Below, piece by piece: positions 28,761 to 38,485 of a stretch of DNA of 64,000 nucleotides. The stretch lies in NCBI GenBank assembly GCA_017854655.1, contig JAFMHF010000003.1, forward strand, positions 645 to 64,644. Reading direction: 5' to 3'. Under the pieces are notes generated by a model. It was not told the DNA's origin and searched no databases. It worked only from the letters and a program-made list of their open reading frames with translations. Positions within the stretch are counted from its first letter, which is position 1. Each line of letters starts with the position of its first letter. The position numbers and the translations under genes are program-made. The stretch comes from Puniceicoccaceae bacterium (GTDB lineage: Bacteria > Verrucomicrobiota > Verrucomicrobiia > Opitutales > Coraliomargaritaceae).

Positions 28761-29558
28761 CTATTGCGACAGCTTCAAAATACGGAGTGCTCCGCGCATT
28801 ACGAATCCGAACACGATTCCACCCACTAGGAGGTCAGGCCATGGGCTCCCCAGCCAGTATACGAGCAGACCTGCCGTGATTACGCCTCCGTTGACGATGA
28901 TGTCGTTCGAGGTAAAAATCGCGGACGCCTGCATATGGGCCTCCTCCGACCGGGCTTTTTGAATCAACCAGAGGCAGACCACATTGGCTACTAGAGCTAC
29001 AGCAGCCACGATGATCATCGTCTTGAAGTCCGGCATTGTCTCTGAATAGAAAAACCGGCGGATCACCTCCGAAAAGCCGACGAGTGCTAATAGCATTTGG
29101 AGAAGTCCACTAATTTTCGCGACCTTCTTCTTGGTCGCTACTGCAGTGCCTACAGCCATTAAACTCAATGCGTAGACGATGGCGTCGGCTAGCATGTCGA
29201 GCGAGTCTGCGATCAGGCCCATCGAGTTCGAAAACAAGCCAAAGCCCATTTCGATAACGAAGAAAGCAGCATTGATGCCGAGCACCCACCACAGAATGCG
29301 TTTTTGAGTATCTCGATTTTCGGTCGTATCTGTTTCTACCTCCTCGGAGGTCTCTAATCGTGATCCCAATCCCAATTCTGAAAGCGCCTTCGAGATTGGC
29401 TCCACATCGCCACGATGGACGACACTGACCATACGTTCTTGGATGTTTACTGATATGCATAGGACGGCCTCAAGTCCTTCCATCTTGAGCCGAATCATTT
29501 GCTCCTCCGAGGTACAGTCCAATTTTTCGACGTGGTAGCTGGATTTAAACAAAGACAT
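28761..29558 (-). CDS. Cation diffusion facilitator with N-terminal HMA-like domain and no C-terminal cytoplasmic domain
   Basis: YHVEKLDCTSEEQMIR HMA-like start; TM motifs LIADSLDMLADA and HMQASAIFTSND; WPDL in the last helices. Confidence 0.85.
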   Translation of the reverse strand: MSLFKSSYHVEKLDCTSEEQMIRLKMEGLEAVLCISVNIQERMVSVVHRGDVEPISKALSELGLGSRLETSEEVETDTTENRDTQKRILWWVLGINAAFFVIEMGFGLFSNSMGLIADSLDMLADAIVYALSLMAVGTAVATKKKVAKISGLLQMLLALVGFSEVIRRFFYSETMPDFKTMIIVAAVALVANVVCLWLIQKARSEEAHMQASAIFTSNDIIVNGGVITAGLLVYWLGSPWPDLLVGGIVFGFVMRGALRILKLSQ

Positions 29559-32500
29559 TACATTTGAGTTTCGTCACCTTGGCCATCGTTGCGACCGCCA
29601 AACAACTCGTAGAGCAGTGGAAGAACCAACAGCGTCAATAAAGTCGAAGTCAGAATGCCGCCGACAACGACAGAGGCCAAAGGTCGCTGAATCTCCGAAC
29701 CGACTCCAGTAGACACGGCCATGGGCAAGAATCCTGCAGCGGAGGTCAAAGCCGTTGCTAATACGGGACGCAGGCGTTGGCAGGCAGCTTGTGTGACTGC
29801 CTCACGCATATCTGCCGTGCGTTCGCGATAAGACCGGATCGCTGAAATCAGAATTTGACCATTCAGGACGGCGATACCGCTCAAGGCAATAAAGCCGACG
29901 GCTGCACTCACACTAAAAGGGATGCCTCTAAACCAGAGAGTAAGGATGCCCCCAATGAGGGCGAGTGGGATGCCGCTGTAGATGAGCAATACGTCACGCA
30001 TATCTTTCAAGCTGAAGTAGAGCAGGAAGAAGACAGCCGCAAGCGTCACGGGCACTACGATGGCGAGGCGTGTCTGAGCGCGTTCGAGGTTCTCAAACTG
30101 GCCACCCCAATCGAGCACATAGCCCTCGGGCAGTTCCAATGATTCGTTAATCTTCTCTTTCGCCTCGGCGACGAATGAGGAAACGTCACGGTCATCTACA
30201 TTGACCTGCACACGAATCAAGCGTCGTCCCCATTCGCGGTTGATCGTGGCAGAGCCATCTTCAATCCGAATGTCGGCGAGTCTGTGTAGTGGTAATTGCT
30301 GCCCTTCGGCTGTAGGGATGATTGTATTACGCAATGCTTCCATGTCAGTTCGCAATGCATCCGGCAGGCGCAGCACGAGGGGAAAGTTGCGTTGTCCCTC
30401 AAACACTTGTCCAGCTCGGGTGCCACCGATGGACTCTACAATACTCATCACATGATGCGTGGAGATACCATGCTGTGCGATCACGTCCTGGTTGATGTCG
30501 ATCTTCAGCGTCGGCTGTCCGGTCAACTGATCGACGGAGATGTCCCCATGCCCTTCGACATCAAGCAGAATACGCTGCACCTGGTCACTCAGTCGCACAA
30601 GTTCGTCAAAATCGTCGCCGTAGATCTTGATACCTACGTCGGAACGGATGCCGGATTCCATCTCATTGAGTCGCATCTCAATCGGTTGGGTAAAGGCCAT
30701 GTTTAAGCCTGGTAGCTCGGCAACAGACGCTTGCATAGCCGCCACTAGCTCAGATTGACTTTTGGCTTTGGTCCACTGTTCCCGAGGATGCAAGGAGACG
30801 AAAATATCTGTCAGTTCTGTTCCCATCGGATCGGTGGCTACTTCCGCCGAGCCGATACGGCTCCAGATGTGACGAATCTCATCGGGGTAGTTTTCCAATA
30901 AGAGTTGTTCAATACGTGTATTGTATTTGACCGACTCAGGAATCGAAACCCCGGCGAGGCGAATCGTATTGATGGTGATGGCACCCTCGCTAAGACGGGG
31001 CACAAATTCGCCGCCCATTTTCGCGCCGACCCATAGCGTCAGCGCGAACACGATGGCTACCGTCGCCAAAACATATGTGCGGGCACGCATCGCAAACCGC
31101 AAACTCGCAGTATATGCCTTAGTTAATGCTCCCGCAATACCGCCCCCTTCTTCTTTAGCACTGGGCTTGATGAAATAGTAATTGAGGATCGGAGTGACAG
31201 TTAGCGCATAAATCAGCGCCCCAGCCAATGCGAAGATGAAGGTGAGAGCCATCGGGCGGAACATCTTACCTTCAGTTCCTTCGAGCGTCAGTATCGGAAA
31301 AAATACTACGATAGTGATACCCATTCCGAAGATCACGGGGCGTGCCACTTCCTTGGCTGAACTGATGACGATCTCCAAGCGTTCTGCCTTTGTGAGGGGG
31401 CGTCCGAGTTCGATGCGTCGCTGCCCCAGCTTACGCATGTTCGATTCGGTCATGACGACAGAGCCATCCACAATCATACCGAAATCGACCGCGCCGAGGC
31501 TCAACAAGCTGGCGGCGATGCCAAAGTAACTCATGCCGAACGCAGAGAAGAGCATGGATATCGGGATCACTGAAGCGACCAAAAGGCCCGCCCTAAAGTT
31601 TCCCAACAGAGCAAAGAGAATCGCCACAACAAGAATGGCTCCCGCAGCGAGATTGTGTTGAACTGTGCCGATTACCTGACTGGTGAGCTCTGTGCGATCA
31701 TAGACGATATTAACGACCACATCTTCAGGCAGCGAGCGTCGGAGGCTGTCTAAACGTATCTTGAGTTCTTCGGTCACAACCTTGCCGTTTTCACCCATCA
31801 ACATAAATGCCAGACCGAGCACGACTTCACCTTGGCCTTGTGCGGAGACAGCACCTCTACGAATTTCGTAGCCGATCTTTACCTCGTCCGCTACATCTCT
31901 GACACGTAGCGGACTGCCGCCATAGGAAGCGATGACGATATTCTCGATCTCTTCAATCGACTCCACGCGACCAAGGCCGTGAATCAGCAGCGACTGACCA
32001 CCTCGGGTGAGAATGCCGCCGCCTGCGTTGCTGTTATTCGCCTGCAATGCTTCAGACACCTCGTCGAGAGTGAGCCCGAACTTTACCAAGTTTTGCGGCG
32101 AGACGATCACATGATACTGGCGCTCGTAGCCGCCCCAGGAGTTGACCTCGGCGACTCCGGAGACTTTTCGCAACTCAGGCTTAATCACCCAGTCATGCAA
32201 GGTTCGCAACTCCTCTAGAGAACGATCAGGGGCGGTGGAGCTGAGTGTATAGTGAAAGATCTCACCCAGTCCGGTCGAGATCGGCCCGAGTTGGGGGCGT
32301 TCGATTTCTTCCGGTAGTTCAACTGTGGACAGCCGTTCGGATATATACTGCCTTGCTTCTGAAATCTCCGTGGCATCCGAGAATGTCGCGACGACTTGTG
32401 AAAATCCGAACTTTGAAACCGAGCGAACGCTTTCCAGTCCTGGCAATCCGCCCATCGCTAGCTCGACGGGTAAGGTGATCTGTTGTTCGATCTCCTCTGG

Positions 32501-32668
32501 ATTCAATGCAGGTGCGACCGTGTTGATCTGCACTTGGACAGGCGTCGTGTCCGGAAAGGCATCGACAGGCAGCTGGAACAGTTTCCATGAGCCAAGACCG
32601 ATGAAGATAGCTGAGAGCAGCAGAACCAGTAAACGGTTTTGCAGAGAGAGTTTAGAAAGTGATTCCAT
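29558..32668 (-). CDS. czcA: CzcA-type heavy-metal RND permease (divalent-cation type)
   Basis: LPVDAFPD, AVDFGMIVDGSVVMTE, EGKMFRPMA, RLNEMESGIRSD, RLRPVL, EIQRPLASVV; the CusA methionine triad is not evident. Confidence 0.9.
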   Translation of the reverse strand: MESLSKLSLQNRLLVLLLSAIFIGLGSWKLFQLPVDAFPDTTPVQVQINTVAPALNPEEIEQQITLPVELAMGGLPGLESVRSVSKFGFSQVVATFSDATEISEARQYISERLSTVELPEEIERPQLGPISTGLGEIFHYTLSSTAPDRSLEELRTLHDWVIKPELRKVSGVAEVNSWGGYERQYHVIVSPQNLVKFGLTLDEVSEALQANNSNAGGGILTRGGQSLLIHGLGRVESIEEIENIVIASYGGSPLRVRDVADEVKIGYEIRRGAVSAQGQGEVVLGLAFMLMGENGKVVTEELKIRLDSLRRSLPEDVVVNIVYDRTELTSQVIGTVQHNLAAGAILVVAILFALLGNFRAGLLVASVIPISMLFSAFGMSYFGIAASLLSLGAVDFGMIVDGSVVMTESNMRKLGQRRIELGRPLTKAERLEIVISSAKEVARPVIFGMGITIVVFFPILTLEGTEGKMFRPMALTFIFALAGALIYALTVTPILNYYFIKPSAKEEGGGIAGALTKAYTASLRFAMRARTYVLATVAIVFALTLWVGAKMGGEFVPRLSEGAITINTIRLAGVSIPESVKYNTRIEQLLLENYPDEIRHIWSRIGSAEVATDPMGTELTDIFVSLHPREQWTKAKSQSELVAAMQASVAELPGLNMAFTQPIEMRLNEMESGIRSDVGIKIYGDDFDELVRLSDQVQRILLDVEGHGDISVDQLTGQPTLKIDINQDVIAQHGISTHHVMSIVESIGGTRAGQVFEGQRNFPLVLRLPDALRTDMEALRNTIIPTAEGQQLPLHRLADIRIEDGSATINREWGRRLIRVQVNVDDRDVSSFVAEAKEKINESLELPEGYVLDWGGQFENLERAQTRLAIVVPVTLAAVFFLLYFSLKDMRDVLLIYSGIPLALIGGILTLWFRGIPFSVSAAVGFIALSGIAVLNGQILISAIRSYRERTADMREAVTQAACQRLRPVLATALTSAAGFLPMAVSTGVGSEIQRPLASVVVGGILTSTLLTLLVLPLLYELFGGRNDGQGDETQM

Positions 32669-32689
32669 TTTAAATGAGCAGCAAAAGGT

Positions 32690-34552
32690 TTAATCGTCGA
32701 CGCAACCTGCGCCCAAACGTGATTTAAGAAATTCCGACATGGCAATGAAGGCACCTTCAGTCACGACGAGTTCGTTCGCTCCAAGGCCTTCAGTCACGGC
32801 AACCGTATCGTTCCCGGATTGTCCGAGACTCACGTGGCGCAATGCGTAAAGGTCAGGCGCTTCTTTAACAAAAACATAGGGCCTGCCTTCATGATGCTGG
32901 ATTGCATCTCGCGGCAGTAAAACAGCGTTTCCCGCGCCTGTTAGGACTAGTTCAGCATGCCCGAACATGCCTTGCCGTATGACTCCATCCGGGTTTTGTA
33001 TTTCAGCACGAGCTTTTAGCATTCGGTTGCGCGGGTCGATTGCTGAGTCCACCCAAGTGATGACCCCTGTATATTTGATGTCTTTGGCACCGCCGTCTAG
33101 ACGTGCCGTTAATATCTGCCCGACTTGAACAGAATCGGCATACTCAGGGCTTACTGATAAATCCAGCCAGAGGGTCGATAAATCGGTCACTTTGAACAGT
33201 GCTTTTCCTTCGGATACAGCTTCCCCGGTAACAGCTTCACGTGCAACTAGCGTCCCCGCGAATGGCGCACGTAATTTGATGGTGGAGCTGCTGTCTTGCT
33301 CTTCGGCGATTTGTGCAATTTCTCCATCGGAGAACCCCAGATTGAGGAGTTTTTGACGAGCCATTTTACTCTTCAACTGGGCTACTTCATGAGCTGCTTC
33401 AGCCTCAAGAAAATCACGGGCAGCTGAAATCTTTTCCTCTTTCAACTTCTTTTCGCGCTGATACGCCAACTCTGCGATACGTTCGTCTACTTGTCGGGTG
33501 AGAAACTCTGCCTTAGCCTCTGCTACTTCGTCGGAACTGATCTCGACAAGCACATCTCCTTTTTTGACGGACTGCCCCACGTCCGCATGGACGGTGCGAA
33601 CGATCCCATCGGCGAGAGGTGTCACGAGTGCCAACTTGTTGCGGTTGTAGCTCACTTCGAAGAAAGCCGAGACTGTTGGCTGCGCAAGACCCTCTGTCGG
33701 ATGTGTGGTAACAATACCTGCTTTAGATGAGGACTCGGCAGAAGCAAAGCGAACTTTCACACTTTTGCCCGGTGCTAGCTGGCCGGCGAGTTGAGGCTGA
33801 CAAATGCCACATTCCAATTCGGCAACATCATGCTCCTTACACCAGAGCACTGGGGCATCGGACTGTCCTTTAGAACCTTGCTGCGTGCCATGATCCGCCC
33901 GAGCCGGGTCGCAGTAGAAACATTCGTCCTCGTAGAGGCTGTGCTCTTCGCACCAAAGCCGATCCTTATCTTCCAACTGTGGTTGGCAAATCCAGCAACG
34001 ATCTTCGTAGCGGTCGTGTCCATTGCACCAGAGCCGTCCTGCTTCCCTTTTTGATGGGTCGCAGATATAGCAGAGGTCAACAGATACATCGTGGGCTTCG
34101 CAGACTTCGGAAGAGAGTGAAGGACTTGCTTGTGGAGATGTCGAAGAAGCTGCTTCTGAAGCATTTTGTTTCTCGGCTATTTCTGGATGACAATAAAAGC
34201 ACTCGTCCTCATAGAGGCTGTGCTCTTCACACCAAAGCCGATCCTTGTCTTCCAATTGTGGCTGGCAGATCCAGCAACGATCTTCGTAGCGGTCGTGTCC
34301 ATTGCACCACAGTCGTCCTGCTTCCCTTTTTGATGGATCACAGATATAACAGAGGTCAGCAGATACTCCATGAGCTTCGCAAAGTGCTGTAGCTTTCGGA
34401 GCCACGTCTGTTTCGCAGCTTGAACAATCTTCGGCGTTCTCAGGACTGGCGGTTTTTTTCGAATCCGTGTCGGCGAGTAGTGAGTTTGAGGCGTAGACAA
34501 GTGCAATCGCGAGTAGCGCGGTGCATCCAAATATATTGATGAGTTTTTTCAT
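32690..34552 (-). CDS. RND periplasmic adaptor (CzcB-like) with N-terminal duplicated Cys/His-rich repeats
   Basis: Signal peptide, CEAHxVxxDLCYICDP...WCEEHSLYEDECFYC twice, then an MFP body (LRAPFAG, LWLDL, RQGMFG, VTEGL). Confidence 0.9.
   Translation of the reverse strand: MKKLINIFGCTALLAIALVYASNSLLADTDSKKTASPENAEDCSSCETDVAPKATALCEAHGVSADLCYICDPSKREAGRLWCNGHDRYEDRCWICQPQLEDKDRLWCEEHSLYEDECFYCHPEIAEKQNASEAASSTSPQASPSLSSEVCEAHDVSVDLCYICDPSKREAGRLWCNGHDRYEDRCWICQPQLEDKDRLWCEEHSLYEDECFYCDPARADHGTQQGSKGQSDAPVLWCKEHDVAELECGICQPQLAGQLAPGKSVKVRFASAESSSKAGIVTTHPTEGLAQPTVSAFFEVSYNRNKLALVTPLADGIVRTVHADVGQSVKKGDVLVEISSDEVAEAKAEFLTRQVDERIAELAYQREKKLKEEKISAARDFLEAEAAHEVAQLKSKMARQKLLNLGFSDGEIAQIAEEQDSSSTIKLRAPFAGTLVAREAVTGEAVSEGKALFKVTDLSTLWLDLSVSPEYADSVQVGQILTARLDGGAKDIKYTGVITWVDSAIDPRNRMLKARAEIQNPDGVIRQGMFGHAELVLTGAGNAVLLPRDAIQHHEGRPYVFVKEAPDLYALRHVSLGQSGNDTVAVTEGLGANELVVTEGAFIAMSEFLKSRLGAGCVDD
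33912..34381. repeat. Intragenic direct duplication of ~190 nt (33912-34102 and 34191-34381; offset 279 nt = 93 codons)
   Basis: Two near-identical blocks are visible in the DNA, with mostly third-position differences. Confidence 0.9.
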
Positions 34553-34573
34553 GATGTATGATCTCTGTTTTAT

Positions 34574-35941
34574 TTAAAATTTTTCGTATTCGTTGTTCTC
34601 ATTCGAATTGATCTCTGAAAGCGGACGTCCAGCTAAGGCTTCCAGTTCGAAGAAGGCTTTGTTGTATTCGACCAGCGTCTCTGTGTGTCGGATGCGTGCT
34701 TCGGCAAACATCCGTTGTGCGTCGATGACTTCCAGATAACTGGCTTTGCCTTCCTGATACGCACGCCAGGTCTTTTCCTGCACGCTTTGAGATGAGCTTA
34801 AAAGGTTCCGTTCGATGTTCTCCACTTCATCACGCAGGAACTCCAGCTTTCGATGGGTGCTCGTCAACGCGACTAAGGCGTTGATACGGATTGCTCGTGA
34901 GTTTTCATGTGCTTTGCCGAGTTCTTCTCGCGCCTTTCGAATATTACCTTGGTTCCGGTCGAAGAGCGGAAGCGGCACACTGAATTGAACGACGCCGGAT
35001 AGGTTATCGTCCCCGTTGAAGTGTTTGAGTCCGACACCCACGGTCAGATCTGGAATCGCCTTTGACTCTTCAAGAGCAACAACCTGGCGGTGTTGTTCGA
35101 GGAGTGCCGCCCAGCGAAGCATCTCGGGATGACGCTCTAAGGTTTGCTTCAAAGATAGCTGCGTCGGCAGCTGTATTGATTGTCGTAACTTTCCGGACAC
35201 GTGGGAGAACTTAGGATCGTCGCTGCCGTAGAGTTCGGCGAGTTGACGCCTTGCTGCATCCAACTTCCGTTCGGCTTGCCGTGCACTGATTTCTTCAGAT
35301 GCCAAGACAGACTGGGCCTTGAGCTGTTCGAGTGGAGAAGCTTCACCGCTTTCTACCCGCGTTTTCGCTCCATCGAGCGCTTCCGATGCCAGCTTAGCGT
35401 TTTTCTGAAGTAACTCCAATTGCTCCTGAGCCGCTAATACTGAGATAAATGCCTTAGAGACTTCCGTAAGCAGAAGCATACGGGCTTGTTCGTAAGCGAA
35501 TCGACTCACGTCTTCGCTCAACTTTGCAGTCTTTACTCGATGTTTGCGCTTCCCCCCCAATTCAAGCAACTGGCTCAGTAGCACGGTTGATTCCGCATTG
35601 TCGAAACCTGACGTCTCGTCGGAGCCACCGAACTCCTCCGCTTCGACCTCCAGTTCAGGATTTGGAAGGAGTCCTGACTGAAGTGTCTCAGCTTCAGCAA
35701 TCCGGATGTCGATTGCGTATCCCGCTAGTCTAGGGCTGTTGACCAGCGCGTAAGAGTAAGCTTTCCGAAGAGTCAATTCGCCCTGAGGTTCGCCGACGTG
35801 TGGCGGATCAATTGTATTCGCCTGCGCGGCTGAGAGTGTGCCCGCAGCGAAGGAGCAGATCGCAAAGGCAATAGTAAATGGTTTATAGTAGATACATGCG
35901 CGAGTGGGCATGCTTTGTTTACGTTTTGAAAATAGGTGCAT
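34574..35941 (-). CDS. TolC/CzcC-family outer-membrane factor
   Basis: PNPELEV, LELGGKR, PDLTVGVG, VPLPLFDRNQG, YQEGKASYLEVIDAQR. Confidence 0.9.
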   Translation of the reverse strand: MHLFSKRKQSMPTRACIYYKPFTIAFAICSFAAGTLSAAQANTIDPPHVGEPQGELTLRKAYSYALVNSPRLAGYAIDIRIAEAETLQSGLLPNPELEVEAEEFGGSDETSGFDNAESTVLLSQLLELGGKRKHRVKTAKLSEDVSRFAYEQARMLLLTEVSKAFISVLAAQEQLELLQKNAKLASEALDGAKTRVESGEASPLEQLKAQSVLASEEISARQAERKLDAARRQLAELYGSDDPKFSHVSGKLRQSIQLPTQLSLKQTLERHPEMLRWAALLEQHRQVVALEESKAIPDLTVGVGLKHFNGDDNLSGVVQFSVPLPLFDRNQGNIRKAREELGKAHENSRAIRINALVALTSTHRKLEFLRDEVENIERNLLSSSQSVQEKTWRAYQEGKASYLEVIDAQRMFAEARIRHTETLVEYNKAFFELEALAGRPLSEINSNENNEYEKF

Positions 35942-36045
35942 AAAAAATCCTGATAGAAGTTAAATACTGCGAATCCACAGAAGGTGGTTTGCGCAGTGGA
36001 GGTGCCCTCAACGAGAGGGCCTAACCAACTAACTTTATCAGAATA
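35942..36045 (-). promoter_or_regulatory. Structured 104-nt spacer; stop-proximal arm (36030-36043) pairs with the tolC SD region (35948-35962)
   Basis: mRNA UUCUGAUAAAGUUA is complementary to UAACUUCUAUCAGGA (one bulge, one G-U); the AGGA sits 6 nt before ATG; two internal hairpins. Confidence 0.6.
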
Positions 36046-36465
36046 TCAGAGACGCAGATTTACGGTCTGCGCGACGAGCACACACGTGTCCATCAACTCC
36101 GGCGGTGCCTGAGCCTGAACAATGTGAGCAATTTCTTTTAACGTAAAATTCGGTGCGGAGACATCGGATCCCGCAGATTGAAGTGCAGTCAAAGTCGGAA
36201 TGGATTCTCCTTTGTCGATGCACACTTGCGGTAGTTCGACTGCTTTAAGTTCAAGGTCCACACAGGAGTCTTCGTCTGAGAAACGACGCTCCTCAGCTAG
36301 TCCGCTAACACACACAGGCGGACAGTCAGAGCATTTGGCGGAGCTCAACTCGGGAGAGAGGTCCGAGCTTTTGTTAAGACACAGCAACAGTCCTCCGACG
36401 CCACCAAAGAGGACGTTCCAAGCAAACAAGCTCAAGAGAGCAACTGCTGTTATTTTGCGTTTCAC
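36046..36465 (-). CDS. CzcI-like exported Cys-rich leader protein with QAPP motif
   Basis: Hydrophobic N-terminus, CSDC, QAPP plus 17 residues ending LRL; first gene of the czcCBA-like operon. Confidence 0.65.
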   Translation of the reverse strand: MKRKITAVALLSLFAWNVLFGGVGGLLLCLNKSSDLSPELSSAKCSDCPPVCVSGLAEERRFSDEDSCVDLELKAVELPQVCIDKGESIPTLTALQSAGSDVSAPNFTLKEIAHIVQAQAPPELMDTCVLVAQTVNLRL

Positions 36466-36710
36466 TGATTTAACTAGTTCGCCGATAGATCATTTAAGTC
36501 AAGGCTTTGCATTTAATTTTTCACCGATGTTTCTTTGAGTGAGCTGTCTAGGGGGTATATTTACCACACTAGTCGATCATTACAGCTTAACAGATTCATA
36601 TACCAACCGCGTGTTACTCCAGTTGGTATTTGTTCGGGTGAGTTAATCATATTGTTTTGGGAATAATAAATGTTTGTATCATTCTTACCTATTAAGTAAT
36701 CCACTGAGAA

Positions 36711-37097
36711 ATGTTTTCTAACTTCATTCATCTGCTGATGGCGCTCGCCATCTTTAATCCGTTCTGCTGTTGCACGGCGGCGGGTTTGTTTGCGGATGAT
36801 TCTGGAGTGGCAGCGATTCCGAGTTGCTGTGAGAGCACTGGCGATCAGCAGAGTTCGCAAGATCAGCATGATCCAGAGAATTGTCCGCACAAAGCTTTAG
36901 ATGACTTCGAAATTACATCTAATAAGGAGGCGGGCACTCACAACTCCACGCTTTCGCTACTTCCAGTGCTTTTTGTTGTTCGCGACTTGCTGGTCTATGA
37001 ACCAGTTGTCGAATTAATTCATCCCAAGGTGCTAGAGTCAGTGCTTGGGTCCCCACCTGTTTCGTTATCACAGGTGTATTGTGTCTATAGGATCTGA
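36711..37097 (+). CDS. CzcI-like exported Cys/His-rich leader protein with GSPP motif
   Basis: Hydrophobic N-terminus, CCC/CC/CPH, GSPP plus 12 residues ending YRI; first gene of the cus-like operon. Confidence 0.65.
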   Translation: MFSNFIHLLMALAIFNPFCCCTAAGLFADDSGVAAIPSCCESTGDQQSSQDQHDPENCPHKALDDFEITSNKEAGTHNSTLSLLPVLFVVRDLLVYEPVVELIHPKVLESVLGSPPVSLSQVYCVYRI

Positions 37098-37198
37098 TTG
37101 ATCCGTGTTGTTAACGTGCCGCTTTTGTGCGGCGCATCCATGCCACGTCCTATTCGGGATGACAGGCTTTTGAGCAATTACCGAATCAATCATGATCT
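37091..37198 (+). promoter_or_regulatory. Structured spacer; GATCTGATTGAT (37091-37102, over the stop codon) pairs with ATCAATCATGATC (37185-37197) next to the tolC ATG
   Basis: 12-bp complementarity with one bulge, seen directly; internal hairpin GTGCCGC-TTTTGT-GCGGCGC. Confidence 0.6.
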
Positions 37199-38461
37199 AT
37201 GTATACAAAACACTTTTTTAAGGGTGCCTATCGTGGCACTCAACTAAGCCTTCTATTGGGGCTATCCATTTCAATCGCATATGCGGAGAGTCTGAGTCTC
37301 GACCAAGCGCTTGCACGGGCGGAGTCGAAAAATCCTAGCTTAGAGGCTTTTCGTGAAAGTCGCCTGAGTGCAACGGAGCGCGTTGGCGCTTCGAATGCCT
37401 TGCCGAATCCGAAACTACAAGTTTCCTATTTCGGTGAGTCCGTGGAGACACGAACAGGTTCGCAAGAGGCCATCTATTCGTTTAGCCAGACGGTGCCCTG
37501 GCTGAGTAAGCTCTCTACGCGTAAAGATATCGCCTTGAGTGATGCCAACATGAGTGGCTTTGCCTATGAGCACGCTTTGGCCCAGCTTCAAAGGGAGGTA
37601 ACCATTACTTATGTCGAGCTACTTTATTTGAAGAACTCGGTCATAACGACAGAGCAGAACTTAGGGCTCATACAGGACATGCGTTCTATCGTAGAGGAGC
37701 AAGTCAGCGGCGGGGCTTCGGTTAATTCCATGCTTCGTCTGGAGCTGGAGTATGAGCGAAAGCGAGATGATCTGGATAAACTCGAACAGGAGCGAATCGA
37801 ACAACGCCATCGATTAGCTGCCTTGCTTGCGATGCCAGAAGCTCAGCTCTCTTTAGCTGGTGAACTAGAAGGGGTTGGGCCGTCAGTAGACAACGCAAGC
37901 TCGTTCCATCGGAAACTAGTTGAAAATAACCCTGAGCTGCTGGCTCTACGTCAAAGTAGCATTCGAGCTAGCCAGCAAGCGGAGTTGAGCCGATTGGCAC
38001 GTCGTCCTGATTTCACGGTGGGGCTGAACTACATTCAAGTCGATGGCAGCGGTATCGCGGCGCGAGATGCAGGCAAGGATCCATGGAATGTCTCTTTGGC
38101 CGTCAGTCTCCCGATTTGGGCGGGGAAGGATCGTGCCAACATACGTGCGACCAAGGCAAACAGGCGTTCTGTAGACAGCTCCTACCTCAATAGAGAGTTG
38201 GCACTAAAGGCCGAGCTGAGTGCAACGCTGGCGTCCTTTCAGGATAGCGCGAGGCGTATGCAACGCTACGAGGAGACGCTGATCCCGCTGGCGGACCAAG
38301 CTTTGGATAATTCGAGAGCCGCCTACGAGAGCGACCAGCTCAGTGCTCTGGAAATGATCGATAGCGAGCGCTCCTTGCTCGAACTGAAACTGAACTACTG
38401 GCGAGCCGCCGCAAACGCGCGTCAAGCGGTCGCCAAAATCAACGCCCTGATCGGCGAATAA
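37199..38461 (+). CDS. TolC/CusC-family outer-membrane factor
   Basis: LPNPKL, QTVPWLSKL, RPDFTVGLNY, VSLPIW, LEMIDSER. Confidence 0.88.
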   Translation: MYTKHFFKGAYRGTQLSLLLGLSISIAYAESLSLDQALARAESKNPSLEAFRESRLSATERVGASNALPNPKLQVSYFGESVETRTGSQEAIYSFSQTVPWLSKLSTRKDIALSDANMSGFAYEHALAQLQREVTITYVELLYLKNSVITTEQNLGLIQDMRSIVEEQVSGGASVNSMLRLELEYERKRDDLDKLEQERIEQRHRLAALLAMPEAQLSLAGELEGVGPSVDNASSFHRKLVENNPELLALRQSSIRASQQAELSRLARRPDFTVGLNYIQVDGSGIAARDAGKDPWNVSLAVSLPIWAGKDRANIRATKANRRSVDSSYLNRELALKAELSATLASFQDSARRMQRYEETLIPLADQALDNSRAAYESDQLSALEMIDSERSLLELKLNYWRAAANARQAVAKINALIGE

Positions 38462-38485
38462 TCTAGAACGGAAAATTTAAATCGA

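Noticed and set aside
36466-36710. Sigma70 promoters from TTGACT hexamers (36497-36502 and 53639-53644, minus strand)
   Set aside because: No convincing -10 at 16-18 nt spacing; cannot be supported without TSS data.
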